DNA of 64,000 nucleotides from Paragordius varius (taxonomy: Eukaryota > Animalia > Nematomorpha). The notes under the pieces are model-generated. The model made no database searches and had not been told where the DNA came from. It saw only the letters and a program-made list of their open reading frames with translations. Location of the stretch: positions 14,198,001-14,262,000 of the forward strand of contig OZ176052.1 of NCBI GenBank assembly GCA_964247055.1, read 5' to 3'. Of the stretch, positions 25,901-41,000 are shown piece by piece. How positions within the stretch are numbered: the stretch's first letter is position 1; each line of letters begins with the position of its first letter. The position numbers and the translations under genes were made by a program.

Positions 25901-28857
25901 TTTTATTTTTAAAATCGTATAAAATATATTTTTTAAATATTTAAAAAATTCATAAAAATTACATTTATACTCCGATCTCGAAAATATTTGGGGTGATGAT
26001 GGAACTACCATAGGGCTACCCAAGAAAAATTATAGTGACATCACCTGATCAAATTTGGATTTTAGGTAACCATTTTTATTTTTAATATCGTATAAAATAA
26101 ATTTTTTAAATATTTAAAAAATTCATAAAAATTACATTTATACTCCGATCTCGAAAATATTTGGGGTGATGATGGAACTACCATAGGGCTACCAAAAAAA
26201 AATTATGGTGACATCACCTGATCAAATTTGGATTTTAGGTAGCCATTTTTATTTTTAAAATCGTATAAAATAAATTTTTTAAATATTTAAAAAATTCATA
26301 AAAATTACATTTATAGTCCGATCCCCAAAATATTTGGGGTGATGATGGAACTACCATAGGGCTACCAAAAAAAAATTATGGTGACATCACCTGATCAAAT
26401 TTGGATTTTAGGTAGCCATTTTTATTTTTAAAATCGTATAAAATAAATTTTTTAAATATTTAAAAAATTCATAAAAATTACATTTATAGTCCGATCCCCA
26501 AAATATTTGGGGTGATGATGGAACTACCATAGGGCTACGCAAAAAAAATTATGGTGACATCACCTGATCAAATTTGGATTTTAGGTAGCCATTTTTATTT
26601 TTAAAATCGTATAAAATAAATTTTTTAAATATTTAAAAAATTCAAAAAAATTACATTTATACTCCGATCTCGACAATATTTGGGGTGATGATGGAACTAC
26701 CATAGGGCTACCCAAAAAAAATTATGGTGACATCACCTGATCAAATTTGGATTTTAGGTAGCCATTTTATTTTTAAAATCGTATAAAATAAATTTTTTAA
26801 ATATTTAAAAAATTCAAAAAAATTACATTTATACTCCGATCTCGAAAATATTAGGGGTGATGATGGAACTACCATAGGGCTACCCAAAAAAATTTATGGC
26901 GACATCACCTGATCAAATTTGGATTTTAGGTAGCCATTTTTATTTTTAAAATCGTATAAAATAAATTTTTAAATATTTAAAAAATTCATAAAAATTACAT
27001 TTATACTCTGATCTCGAAAATATTTGGGGTGATGATGGAACTACCATAGGGCTACCCAAAAAAAATTATAGTGACATCACCTGATCAAATTTGGATTTTA
27101 GGTAGCCATTTTTATTTTTAAAATCGTATAAAATAAATTTTTTAAATATTTAAAAAATTCATAAAAATTACATTTATACTCCGATCTCGAAAATATTTGG
27201 GGTGATGATGGAACAACCATACGGCTACGCAAAAAAAATTATGGCGACATCACCTGATTAAATTTGGATTTTAGGTAGCCATTTTTATTTTTAAAATCGT
27301 ATAAAATAAATTTTTTAAATATTTAAAAAATTCAAAAAAAATTACATTTATAGTCCGATCCCCAAAATATTTGGGGTGATGATGGAACTACCATAGTACT
27401 ACCCAAAAAAAATTATGGCGACATCACCTGATCAAATTTTAATTTTAGGTAGCCATTTTTATTTTTAAAATCGTATAAAATAAATTTTTTAAATATTTAA
27501 AAAATTCAAAAAAATTACATTTATACTCCGATCTCGACAATATTTGGGGTGATGATGGAACTACCATAGGGCTACCCAAAAAAAATTATGGTGACATCAC
27601 CTGATTAAATTTGGATTTTAGGTAGCCATTTTTATTTTTAAAATCGTATAAAATAAATTTTTTAAATATTTAAAAAATTCATAAAAATTACATTTATACT
27701 CCGATCTCGAAAATATTTGGGGTGATGATGGAACTACCATAGGGCTACCAAAAAAAAATTATGGTGACATCACCTGATCAAATTTGGATTTTAGGTAGCC
27801 ATTTTTATTTTTAAAATCGTATAAAATAAATTTTTTAAATATTTAAAAAATTCATAAAAATTACATTTATAGTCCGATCCCCAAAATATTTGGGGTGATG
27901 ATGGAACTACCATAGGGCTACCCAAAAAAAATTATGGTGACATCACCTGATCAAATTTGGATTTTAGGTAGCCATGTTTATTTTTAAAATCGTATAAAAT
28001 AAATTTTTTAAATATTTAAAAAATTCATAAAAATTACATTTATACTCCGATCTCGAAAATATTTGGGGTGATGATGGAACTACCATAGGGCTACGCAAAA
28101 AAAATTATGGTGACATCACCTGATCAAATTTGGATTTTAGGTAGCCATTTTTATTTTTAAAATCGTATAAAATAAATTTTTTAAATATTTAAAAAATTCA
28201 AAAAAATTACATTTATACTCCGATCTCGACAATATTTGGGGTGATGATGGAACTACCATAGGGCTACCCAAAAAAAATTATGGTGACATCACCTGATCAA
28301 ATTTGGATTCTAGGTAGCCATTTTTATTTTTAAAATCGTATAAAATAAATTTTTTAAATATTTAAAAAATTCATAAAAATTACATTTATACTCCGATCTC
28401 GAAAATATTTGGGGTGATGATGGAACTACCATAGGGCTACCCAAAAAAAATTATGGTGACATCACCTGATCAAATTTGGATTTTAGATAGCCATTTTTAT
28501 TTTTAAAATCGTATAAAATAAATTTTTTAAATATTTAAAAAATTCATAAAAGTTACATTTATAGTCCGATCCCCAAAATATTTGTGGTATGATGATGGAA
28601 CTACCATAGGGCTACCAAAAAAAAAATTATGGTGACATCACCTGATCAAATTTGGATTTTAGGTAGCCATTTTTATTTTTAAAATCGTATAAAATAAATT
28701 TTTTAAATATTTAAAAAATTCATAAAAATTACATTTATAGTCCGATCCCCAAAATTTTTGGGGTGATGATGGAAGTACCATAGGGCTACCCAAAAAAAAT
28801 TATGGTGACATCACCTGATCAAATTTGGATTTTAGGTAGCCATTTTTATTTTTAAAA
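16241..28857. repeat. Large tandem segmental duplication, copy A (period 12,790 bp = 74 monomers)
   Basis: Rare markers recur at offset about 12,790: the AAATTAAAAAATTC deletion (about 17816/30606), TTTGCATTTT (about 17933/30722), GGCTATAAAA (18590/31379) and TTTGGAGTG (about 19078/31867). Later markers recur at offset 16,404: CAAGAAAA (26024/42428) and CATGTTT (27976/44380). Confidence 0.92.
22286..28857. repeat. 19-monomer (9+10) higher-order periodicity, repeated at 38689-45260
   Basis: GGAAGAACC lies at 22376/25658 and 38780/42062 (offset 3282). AGTACT sites at 22557, 24113, 25839 and 27395 are spaced 1556, 1726 and 1556 bp apart. Confidence 0.8.
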
Positions 28858-29030
28858 TCGTATAAAATAAATTTTTTAAATATTTAAAAAATTCATAAAA
28901 ATTACATTTATACTCCGATCTCGAAAATATTTGGGGTGATGATGGAACTACCATAGGGCTACCCAAAAAAAATTATAGTGACATCACCTGATCAAATTTG
29001 GATTTTAGGTAGCCATTTTTATTTTTAAAA

Positions 29031-32000
29031 TCGTATAAAATAAATTTTTTAAATATTTAAAAAATTCATAAAAATTACATTTATAGTCCGATCCCCAAAA
29101 TATTTGGGGTGATGATGGAACAACCATACGGCTACGCAAAAAAAATTATGGCGACATCACCTGATCAAATTTGGATTTTAGGTAGCCATTTTTATTTTTA
29201 AAATCGTATAAAATAAATTTTTTAAATATTTAAAAAATTCAAAAAAATTACATTTATACTCCGATCTCGAAAATATTTGGGGTGATGATGGAACTACCAT
29301 AGGGCTACCCAAAAAAAATTATGGCGACATCACCTGATCAAATTTGGATTTTAGGTAGCCATTTTTATTTTTAAAATCGTATAAAATAAATTTTTAAATA
29401 TTTAAAAAATTCATAAAAATTACATTTATACTCCGATCTCGAAAATATTTGGGGTGATGATGGAACTACCATAGGGCTACCCAAAAAAAATTATAGTGAC
29501 ATCACCTGATCAAATTTGGATTTTAGGTAGCCATTTTTATTTTTAAAATCGTATAAAATAAATTTTTTAAATATTTAAAAAATTCATAAAAATTACATTT
29601 ATAGTCCGATCCCCAAAATATTTGGGGTGATGATGGAACAACCATACGGCTACGCAAAAAAAATTATGGCGACATCACCTGATCAAATTTGGATTTAAGG
29701 TAGCCATTTTTATTTTTAAAATCGTATAAAATAAATTTTTTAAATATTTAAAAAATTCAAAAAAAATTACATTTATACTCCGATCTCGAAAATATTTGGG
29801 GTGATGATGGAACTACCATAGGGCTATACAAAAAAAATTATGGTGACATCACCTGATCAAATTTGGATTTTAGGTAGCCATTTTTATTTTTAAAATCGTA
29901 TAAAATAAATTTTTTAAATATTTAAAAAATTCAAAAAAATTACATTTATACTCCGATCTCGACAATATTTGGGGTGATGATGGAACTACCATAGGGCTAC
30001 CCAAAAAAAATTATGGTGACATCACCTGATTAAATTTGGATTTTAGGTAGCCATTTTTATTTTTAAAATCGTATAAAATAAATTTTTTAAATATTTAAAA
30101 AATTCATAAAAATTACATTTATACTCCGATCTCGAAAATATTTGGGGTGATGATGGAACTACCATAGGGCTACCAAAAAAATTATGGTGACATCACCTGA
30201 TCAAATTTGGATTTTAGGTAGCCATTTTTATTTTTAAAATCGTATAAAATAAATTTTTTAAATATTTAAAAAATTCATAAAAATTACATTTATAGTCCGA
30301 TCCCCAAAATATTTGGGGTGATGATGGAACTACCATAGGGCTACCCAAAAAAAATTATGGTGACATCACCTGATCAAATTTGGATTTTAGGTAGCCATTT
30401 TTATTTTTAAAATCGTATAAAATAAATTTTTTTAATATTTAAAAAATTCAAAAAAATTACATTTATACTCCGATCTCGAAAATATTTGGGGTGATGATGG
30501 AACTACCATAGGGCTACGCAAAAAAAATTATGGTGACATCACCTGATCAAATTTGGATTTTAGGTAGCCATTTTTCTTTTTAAAATCGTATAAAATAAAT
30601 TTTTTAAATTAAAAAATTCAAAAAAATTACATTTATACTCCGATCTCGACAATATTTGGAGTGATGATGGAACTACCATAGGGCTACCCAAAAAAAATTA
30701 TAGTGACATCACCTGATCAAATTTGCATTTTAGGTAGCCATTTTTATTTTTAAAATCGTATAAAATAAATTTTTTAAATATTTAAAAAATTCATAAAAAT
30801 TACATTTATAGTCCGATCCCCAAAATATTTGGGGTGATGATGGAACAACCATACGGCTACGCAAAAAAAATTATGGCGACATCACCTGATCAAATTTGGA
30901 TTTTAGGTAGCCATTTTTATTTTTAAAATCGTATAAAATAAATTTTTTAAATATTTAAAAAATTCAAAAAAATTACATTTATACTCCGATCTCGACAATA
31001 TTTGGGGTGATGATGGAACTACCATAGGGCTACCCAAAAAAAATTATGGTGACATCACCTGATTAAATTTGGATTTTAGGTAGCCATTTTTATTTTTAAA
31101 ATCGTATAAAATAAATTTTTTAAATATTTAAAAAATTCAAAAAAATTACATTTATACTCCGATCTCGACAATATTTGGGGTGATGATGGAACTACCATAG
31201 GGCTACCCAAAAAAAATTATGGTGACATCACCTGATTAAATTTGGATTTTAGGTAGCCATTTTTATTTTTAAAATCGTATAAAATAAATTTTTTAAATAT
31301 TTAAAAAATTCATAAAAATTACATTTATACTCCGATCTCGAAAATATTTGGGGTGATGATGGAACTACCATAGGGCTATAAAAAAAAAATTATGGTGACA
31401 TCACCTGATCAAATTTGGATTTTAGGTAGCCATTTTTATTTTTAAAATCGTATAAAATAAATTTTTTAAATATTTAAAAAATTCATAAAAATTACATTTA
31501 TAGTCCGATCCCCAAAATATTTGGGGTGATGATGGAACTACCATAGGGCTACCCAAAAAAAATTATGGTGACATCACCTGATCAAATTTGGATTTTAGGT
31601 AGCCATTTTTATTTTTAAAATCGTATAAAATAAATTTTTTAAATATTTAAAAAATTCAAAAAAATTACATTTATACTCCGATCTCGAAAATATTTGGGGT
31701 GATGATGGAACTACCATAGGGCTACGCAAAAAAAATTATGGTGACATCACCTGATCAAATTTGGATTTTAGGTAGCCATTTTTCTTTTTAAAATCGTATA
31801 AAATAAATTTTTTAAATATTTAAAAAATTCAAAAAAATTACATTTATACTCCGATCTCGACAATATTTGGAGTGATGATGGAACTACCATAGGGCTACCC
31901 AAAAAAAATTATGGTGACATCACCTGATCAAATTTGGATTTTAGGTAGCCATTTTTATTTTTAAAATCGTATAAAATAAATTTTTTAAATATTTAAAAAA

Positions 32001-35000
32001 TTCAAAAAAATTACATTTATACTCCGATCTCGAAAATATTTGGGGTGATGATGGAACTACCATAGGGCTACGCAAAAAAAATTATGGTGACATCACCTGA
32101 TCAAATTTGGATTTTAGGTAGCCATTTTTATTTTTAAAATCGTATAAAATAAATTTTTTAAATATTTAAAAAATTCAAAAAAATTACATTTATACTCCGA
32201 TCTCGAAAATATTTGGGGTGATGATGGAACTACCATAGGGCTACCCAAAAAAAATTATGGCGACATCACCTGATCAAATTTGGATTTTAGGTAGCCATTT
32301 TTATTTTTAAAATCGTATAAAATAAATTTTTAAATATTTAAAAAATTCATAAAAATTACATTTATACTCCGATCTCGAAAATATTTGGGGTGATGATGGA
32401 ACTACCATAGGGCTACCCAAAAAAAATTATAGTGACATCACCTGATCAAATTTGGATTTTAGGTAGCCATTTTTATTTTTAAAATCGTATAAAATAAATT
32501 TTTTAAATATTTAAAAAATTCATAAAAATTACATTTATAGTCCGATCCCCAAAATATTTGGGGTGATGATGGAACAACCATACGGCTACGCAAAAAAAAT
32601 TATGGCGACATCACCTGATTAAATTTGGATTTTAGGTAGCCATTTTTATTTTTAAAATCGTATAAAATAAATTTTTTAAATATTTAAAAAATTCAAAAAA
32701 AATTACATTTATACTCCGATCTCGAAAATATTTGGGGTGATGATGGAACTACCATAGTAGTACCCAAAAAAAATTATGGCGACATCACCTGATCAAATTT
32801 TAATTTTAGGTAGCCATTTTTATTTTTAAAATCGTATAAAATAAATTTTTTAAATATTTAAAAAATTCAAAAAAATTACATTTATACTCCGATCTCGACA
32901 ATATTTGGGGTGATGATGGAACTACCATAGGGCTACCCAAAAAAAATTATGGTGACATCACCTGATTAAATTTGGATTTTAGGTAGCCATTTTTATTTTT
33001 AAAATCGTATAAAATAAATTTTTTAAATATTTAAAAAATTCATAAAAAGTACATTTATACTCCGATCTCGAAAATATTTGGGGTGATGATGGAACTACCA
33101 TAGGGCTACCAAAAAAAAATTATGGTGACATCACCTGATCAAATTTGGATTTTAGGTAGCCATTTTTATTTTTAAAATCGTATAAAATAAATTTTTTAAA
33201 TATTTAAAAAATTCATAAAAATTACATTTATAGTCCGATCCCCAAAATATTTGGGGTGATGATGGAACTACCATAGGGCTACCCAAAAAAAATTATGGTG
33301 ACATCACCTGATCAAATTTGGATTTTAGGTAGCCATTTTTATTTTTAAAATCGTATAAAATAAATTTTTTAAATATTTAAAAAATTCATAAAAATTACAT
33401 TTATACTCCGATCTCGAAAATATTTGGGGTGATGATGGAACTACCATAGGGCTACGCAAAAAAAATTATGGTGACATCACCTGATCAAATTTGGATTTTA
33501 GGTAGCCATTTTTATTTTTAAAATTGTATAAAATAAATTTTTTAAATATTTAAAAAATTTATACTCCGATCTCGACAATATTTGGGGTGATGATGGAACT
33601 ACCATAGGGCTACCCAAAAAAAATTATGGTGACATCACCTGATCAAATTTGGATTCTAGGTAGCCATTTTTATTTTTAAAATCGTATAAGATAAATTTTT
33701 TAAATATTTAAAAAATTCATAAAAATTACATTTATACTCCGATCTCGAAAATATTTGGGGTGATGATGGAACTACCATAGGGCTACCCAAAAAAAATTAT
33801 GGTGACATCACCTGATCAAATTTGGATTTTAGATAGCCATTTTTATTTTTAAAATCGTATAAAATAAATTTTTTAAATATTTAAAAAATTCATAAAAGTT
33901 ACATTTATAGTCCGATCCCCAAAATATTTGTGGTATGATGATGGAACTACCATAGGGCTACCAAAAAAAAATTATGGTGACATCACCTGATCAAATTTGG
34001 ATTTTAGGTAGCCATTTTTATTTTTAAAATCGTATAAAATAAATTTTTTAAATATTTAAAAAATTCATAAAAGTTACATTTATAGTCCGATCCCCAAAAT
34101 ATTTGTGGTATGATGATGGAACTACCATAGGGCTACCAAAAAAAAATTATGGTGACATCACCTGATCAAATTTGGATTTTAGGTAGCCATTTTTATTTTT
34201 AAAATCGTATAAAATAAATTTTTTAAATATTTAAAAAATTCATAAAAATTACATTTATACTCCGATCTCGAAAATATTTGGGGTGATGATGGAACTACCA
34301 TAGGGCTACGCAAAAAAAATTATGGTGACATCACCTGATCAAATTTGGATTTTAGGTAGACATTTTTATTTTTAAAATTGTATAAAATAAATTTTTTAAA
34401 TATTTAAAAAATTCAAAAAAATTACATTTATACTCCGATCTCGACAATATTTGGGGTGATGATGGAACTACCATAGGGCTACCCAAAAAAAATTATGGTG
34501 ACATCACCTGATCAAATTTGGATTCTAGGTAGCCATTTTTATTTTTAAAATCGTATAAGATAAATTTTTTAAATATTTAAAAAATTCATAAAAATTACAT
34601 TTATACTCCGATCTCGAAAATATTTGGGGTGATGATGGAACTACCATAGGGCTACGCAACAATTATGGCGACATCACCTGATCAAATTTGGATTTTAGGT
34701 AGCCATTTTATTTTTAAAATCGTATAAGATAAATTTTTTAAATATTTAAAAAATTCATAAAAATTACATTTATACTCCGACCTCGAAAATATTTGGGGTG
34801 ATGATGGAACAACCATAGGGCTACGCAACAATTATGGCGACATCACCTGATCAAATTTGGATTTTAGGTAGCCATTTTATTTTTAAAATCGTATAAAATA
34901 AATTTTTTAAATATTTAAAAAATTCAAAAAAATTACATTTATACTCCGATCTCGAAAATATTTGGGGTGATGATGGAACTACCATAGGGCTACCCAAAAA

Positions 35001-38000
35001 AATTTATGGCGACATCACCTGATCAAATTTGGATTTTAGGTAGCCATTTTTATTTTTAAAATCGTATAAAATAAATTTTTAAATATTTAAAAAATTCATA
35101 AAAATTACATTTATACTCCGATCTCGAAAATATTTGGGGTGATGATGGAACTACCATAGGGCTACCCAAAAAAAATTATAGTGACATCACCTGATCAAAT
35201 TTGGATTTTAGGTAGCCATTTTTATTTTTAAAATCGTATAAAATAAATTTTTTAAATATTTAAAAAATTCATAAAAATTACATTTATAGTCCGATCCCCA
35301 AAATATTTGGGGTGATGATGGAAGAACCATACGGCTACGCAAAAAAAATTATGGCGACATCACCTGATTAAATTTGGATTTTAGGTAGCCATTTTTATTT
35401 TTAAAATCGTATAAAATAAATTTTTTAAATATTTAAAAAATTCAAAAAAAAATACATTTATACTCCGATCTCGAAAATATTTGGGGTGATGATGGAACTA
35501 CCATAGTACTACCCAAAAAAAATTATGGCGACATCACCTGATCAAATTTTAATTTTAGGTAGCCATTTTTATTTTTAAAATCGTATAAAATAAATTTTTT
35601 AAATATTTAAAAAATTCAAAAAAATTACATTTATACTCCGATCTCGACAATATTTGGGGTGATGATGGAACTACCATAGGGCTACCCAAAAAAAATTATG
35701 GTGACATCACCTGATTAAATTTGGATTTTAGGTAGCCATTTTTATTTTTAAAATCGTATAAAATAAATTTTTTAAATATTTAAAAAATTCATAAAAATTA
35801 CATTTATACTCCGATCTCGAAAATATTTGGGGTGATGATGGAACTACCATAGGGCTACCAAAAAAAAATTATGGTGACATCACCTGATCAAATTTGGATT
35901 TTAGGTAGCCATTTTTATTTTTAAAATCGTATAAAATAAATTTTTTAAATATTTAAAAAATTCATAAAAATTACATTTATAGTCCGATCCCCAAAATATT
36001 TGGGGTGATGATGGAACTACCATAGGGCTACCCAAAAAAAATTATGGTGACGTCACCTGATCAAATTTGGATTTTAGGTAGCCATTTTTATTTTTAAAAT
36101 CGTATAAAATAAATTTTTTAAATATTTAAAAAATTCATAAAAATTACATTTATACTCCGATCTCGAAAATATTTGGGGTGATGATGGAACTACCATAGGG
36201 CTACGCAAAAAAAATTATGGTGACATCACCTGATCAAATTTGGATTTTAGGTAGCCATTTTTATTTTTAAAATCGTATAAAATAAATTTTTTAAATATTT
36301 AAAAAATTCAAAAAAATTACATTTATACTCCGATCTCGACAATATTTGGGGTGATGATGGAACTACCATAGGGCTACCCAAAAAAAATTATGGTGACATC
36401 ACCTGATTAAATTTGGATTTTAGGTAGCCATTTTTATTTTTAAAATCGTATAAAATAAATTTTTTAAATATTTAAAAAATTCATAAAAAGTACATTTATA
36501 CTCCGATCTCGAAAATATTTGGGGTGATGATGGAACTACCATAGGGCTACCAAAAAAAAATTATGGTGACATCACCTGATCAAATTTGGATTTTAGGTAG
36601 CCATTTTTATTTTTAAAATCGTATAAAATAAATTTTTTAAATATTTAAAAAATTCATAAAAATTACATTTATAGTCCGATCCCCAAAATATTTGGGGTGA
36701 TGATGGAACTACCATAGGGCTACCCAAAAAAAATTATGGTGACATCACCTGATCAAATTTGGATTTTAGGTAGCCATTTTTATTTTTAAAATCGTATAAA
36801 ATAAATTTTTTAAATATTTAAAAAATTCATAAAAATTACATTTATACTCCGATCTCGAAAATATTTGGGGTGATGATGGAACTACCATAGGGCTACGCAA
36901 AAAAAATTATGGTGACATCACCTGATCAAATTTGGATTTTAGGTAGCCATTTTTATTTTTAAAATTGTATAAAATAAATTTTTTAAATATTTAAAAAATT
37001 CAAAAAAATTACATTTATACTCCGATCTCGACAATATTTGGGGTGATGATGGAACTACCATAGGGCTACCCAAAAAAAATTATGGTGACATCACCTGATC
37101 AAATTTGGATTCTAGGTAGCCATTTTTATTTTTAAAATCGTATAAGATAAATTTTTTAAATATTTAAAAAATTCATAAAAATTACATTTATACTCCGATC
37201 TCGAAAATATTTGGGGTGATGATGGAACTACCATAGGGCTACCCAAAAAAAATTATGGTGACATCACCTGATCAAATTTGGATTTTAGATAGCCATTTTT
37301 ATTTTTAAAATCGTATAAAATAAATTTTTTAAATATTTAAAAAATTCATAAAAGTTACATTTATAGTCCGATCCCCAAAATATTTGTGGTATGATGATGG
37401 AACTACCATAGGGCTACCAAAAAAAAATTATGGTGACATCACCTGATCAAATTTGGATTTTAGGTAGCCATTTTTATTTTTAAAATCGTATAAAATAAAT
37501 TTTTTAAATATTTAAAAAATTCATAAAAGTTACATTTATAGTCCGATCCCCAAAATATTTGTGGTATGATGATGGAACTACCATAGGGCTACCAAAAAAA
37601 AATTATGGTGACATCACCTGATCAAATTTGGATTTTAGGTAGCCATTTTTATTTTTAAAATCGTATAAAATAAATTTTTTAAATATTTAAAAAATTCATA
37701 AAAATTACATTTATACTCCGATCTCGAAAATATTTGGGGTGATGATGGAACTACCATAGGGCTACGCAAAAAAAATTATGGTGACATCACCTGATCAAAT
37801 TTGGATTTTAGGTAGCCATTTTTATTTTTAAAATTGTATAAAATAAATTTTTTAAATATTTAAAAAATTCAAAAAAATTACATTTATACTCCGATCTCGA
37901 CAATATTTGGGGTGATGATGGAACTACCATAGGGCTACCCAAAAAAAATTATGGTGACATCACCTGATCAAATTTGGATTCTAGGTAGCCATTTTTATTT

Positions 38001-41000
38001 TTAAAATCGTATAAGATAAATTTTTTAAATATTTAAAAAATTCATAAAAATTACATTTATACTCCGATCTCGAAAATATTTGGGGTGATGATGGAACTAC
38101 CATAGGGCTACGCAACAATTATGGCGACATCACCTGATCAAATTTGGATTTTAGGTAGCCATTTTATTTTTAAAATCGTATAAGATAAATTTTTTAAATA
38201 TTTAAAAAATTCATAAAAATTACATTTATACTCCGACCTCGAAAATATTTGGGGTGATGATGGAACAACCATAGGGCTACGCAACAATTATGGCGACATC
38301 ACCTGATCAAATTTGGATTTTAGGTAGCCATTTTATTTTTAAAATCGTATAAAATAAATTTTTTAAATATTTAAAAAATTCAAAAAAATTACATTTATAC
38401 TCCGATCTCGAAAATATTTGGGGTGATGATGGAACTACCATAGGGCTACCCAAAAAAATTTATGGCGACATCACCTGATCAAATTTGGATTTTAGGTAGC
38501 CATTTTTATTTTTAAAATCGTATAAAATAAATTTTTAAATATTTAAAAAATTCATAAAAATTACATTTATACTCCGATCTCGAAAATATTTGGGGTGATG
38601 ATGGAACTACCATAGGGCTACCCAAAAAAAATTATAGTGACATCACCTGATCAAATTTGGATTTTAGGTAGCCATTTTTATTTTTAAAATCGTATAAAAT
38701 AAATTTTTTAAATATTTAAAAAATTCATAAAAATTACATTTATAGTCCGATCCCCAAAATATTTGGGGTGATGATGGAAGAACCATACGGCTACGCAAAA
38801 AAAATTATGGCGACATCACCTGATTAAATTTGGATTTTAGGTAGCCATTTTTATTTTTAAAATCGTATAAAATAAATTTTTTAAATATTTAAAAAATTCA
38901 AAAAAAAATACATTTATACTCCGATCTCGAAAATATTTGGGGTGATGATGGAACTACCATAGTACTACCCAAAAAAAATTATGGCGACATCACCTGATCA
39001 AATTTTAATTTTAGGTAGCCATTTTTATTTTTAAAATCGTATAAAATAAATTTTTTAAATATTTAAAAAATTCAAAAAAATTACATTTATACTCCGATCT
39101 CGACAATATTTGGGGTGATGATGGAACTACCATAGGGCTACCCAAAAAAAATTATGGTGACATCACCTGATTAAATTTGGATTTTAGGTAGCCATTTTTA
39201 TTTTTAAAATCGTATAAAATAAATTTTTTAAATATTTAAAAAATTCATAAAAATTACATTTATACTCCGATCTCGAAAATATTTGGGGTGATGATGGAAC
39301 TACCATAGGGCTACCAAAAAAAAATTATGGTGACATCACCTGATCAAATTTGGATTTTAGGTAGCCATTTTTATTTTTAAAATCGTATAAAATAAATTTT
39401 TTAAATATTTAAAAAATTCATAAAAATTACATTTATAGTCCGATCCCCAAAATATTTGGGGTGATGATGGAACTACCATAGGGCTACCCAAAAAAAATTA
39501 TGGTGACATCACCTGATCAAATTTGGATTTTAGGTAGCCATTTTTATTTTTAAAATCGTATAAAATAAATTTTTTAAATATTTAAAAAATTCATAAAAAT
39601 TACATTTATACTCCGATCTCGAAAATATTTGGGGTGATGATGGAACTACCATAGGGCTACGCAAAAAAAATTATGGTGACATCACCTGATCAAATTTGGA
39701 TTTTAGGTAGCCATTTTTATTTTTAAAATCGTATAAAATAAATTTTTTAAATATTTAAAAAATTCAAAAAAATTACATTTATACTCCGATCTCGACAATA
39801 TTTGGGGTGATGATGGAACTACCATAGGGCTACCCAAAAAAAATTATGGTGACATCACCTGATCAAATTTGGATTTTAGGTAGCCATTTTATTTTTAAAA
39901 TCGTATAAAATAAATTTTTTAAATATTTAAAAAATTCAAAAAAATTACATTTATACTCCGATCTCGAAAATATTTGGGGTGATGATGGAACTACCATAGG
40001 GCTACCCAAAAAAATTTATGGCGACATCACCTGATCAAATTTGGATTTTAGGTAGCCATTTTTATTTTTAAAATCGTATAAAATAAATTTTTAAATATTT
40101 AAAAAATTCATAAAAATTACATTTATACTCCGATCTCGAAAATATTTGGGGTGATGATGGAACTACCATAGGGCTACCCAAAAAAAATTATAGTGACATC
40201 ACCTGATCAAATTTGGATTTTAGGTAGCCATTTTTATTTTTAAAATCGTATAAAATAAATTTTTTAAATATTTAAAAAATTCATAAAAATTACATTTATA
40301 CTCCGATCTCGAAAATATTTGGGGTGATGATGGAACAACCATACGGCTACGCAAAAAAAATTATGGCGACATCACCTGATTAAATTTGGATTTTAGGTAG
40401 CCATTTTTATTTTTAAAATCGTATAAAATAAATTTTTTAAATATTTAAAAAATTCAAAAAAAATTACATTTATAGTCCGATCCCCAAAATATTTGGGGTG
40501 ATGATGGAACTACCATAGTACTACCCAAAAAAAATTATGGCGACATCACCTGATCAAATTTTAATTTTAGGTAGCCATTTTTATTTTTAAAATCGTATAA
40601 AATAAATTTTTTAAATATTTAAAAAATTCAAAAAAATTACATTTATACTACGATCTCGAAAATATTTGGGGTGATGATGGAACTACCATAGGGCTACCCA
40701 AAAAAATTTATGGCGACATCACCTGATCAAATTTGGATTTTAGGTAGCCATTTTTATTTTTAAAATCGTATAAAATAAATTTTTAAATATTTAAAAAATT
40801 CATAAAAATTAGATTTATACTCCGATCTCGAAAATATTTGGGGTGATGATGGAACTACCATAGGGCTACCCAAAAAAAATTATAGTGACATCACCTGATC
40901 AAATTTGGATTTTAGGTAGCCATTTTTATTTTTAAAATCGTATAAAATAAATTTTTAAATATTTAAAAAATTCATAAAAATTACATTTATACTCCGATCT

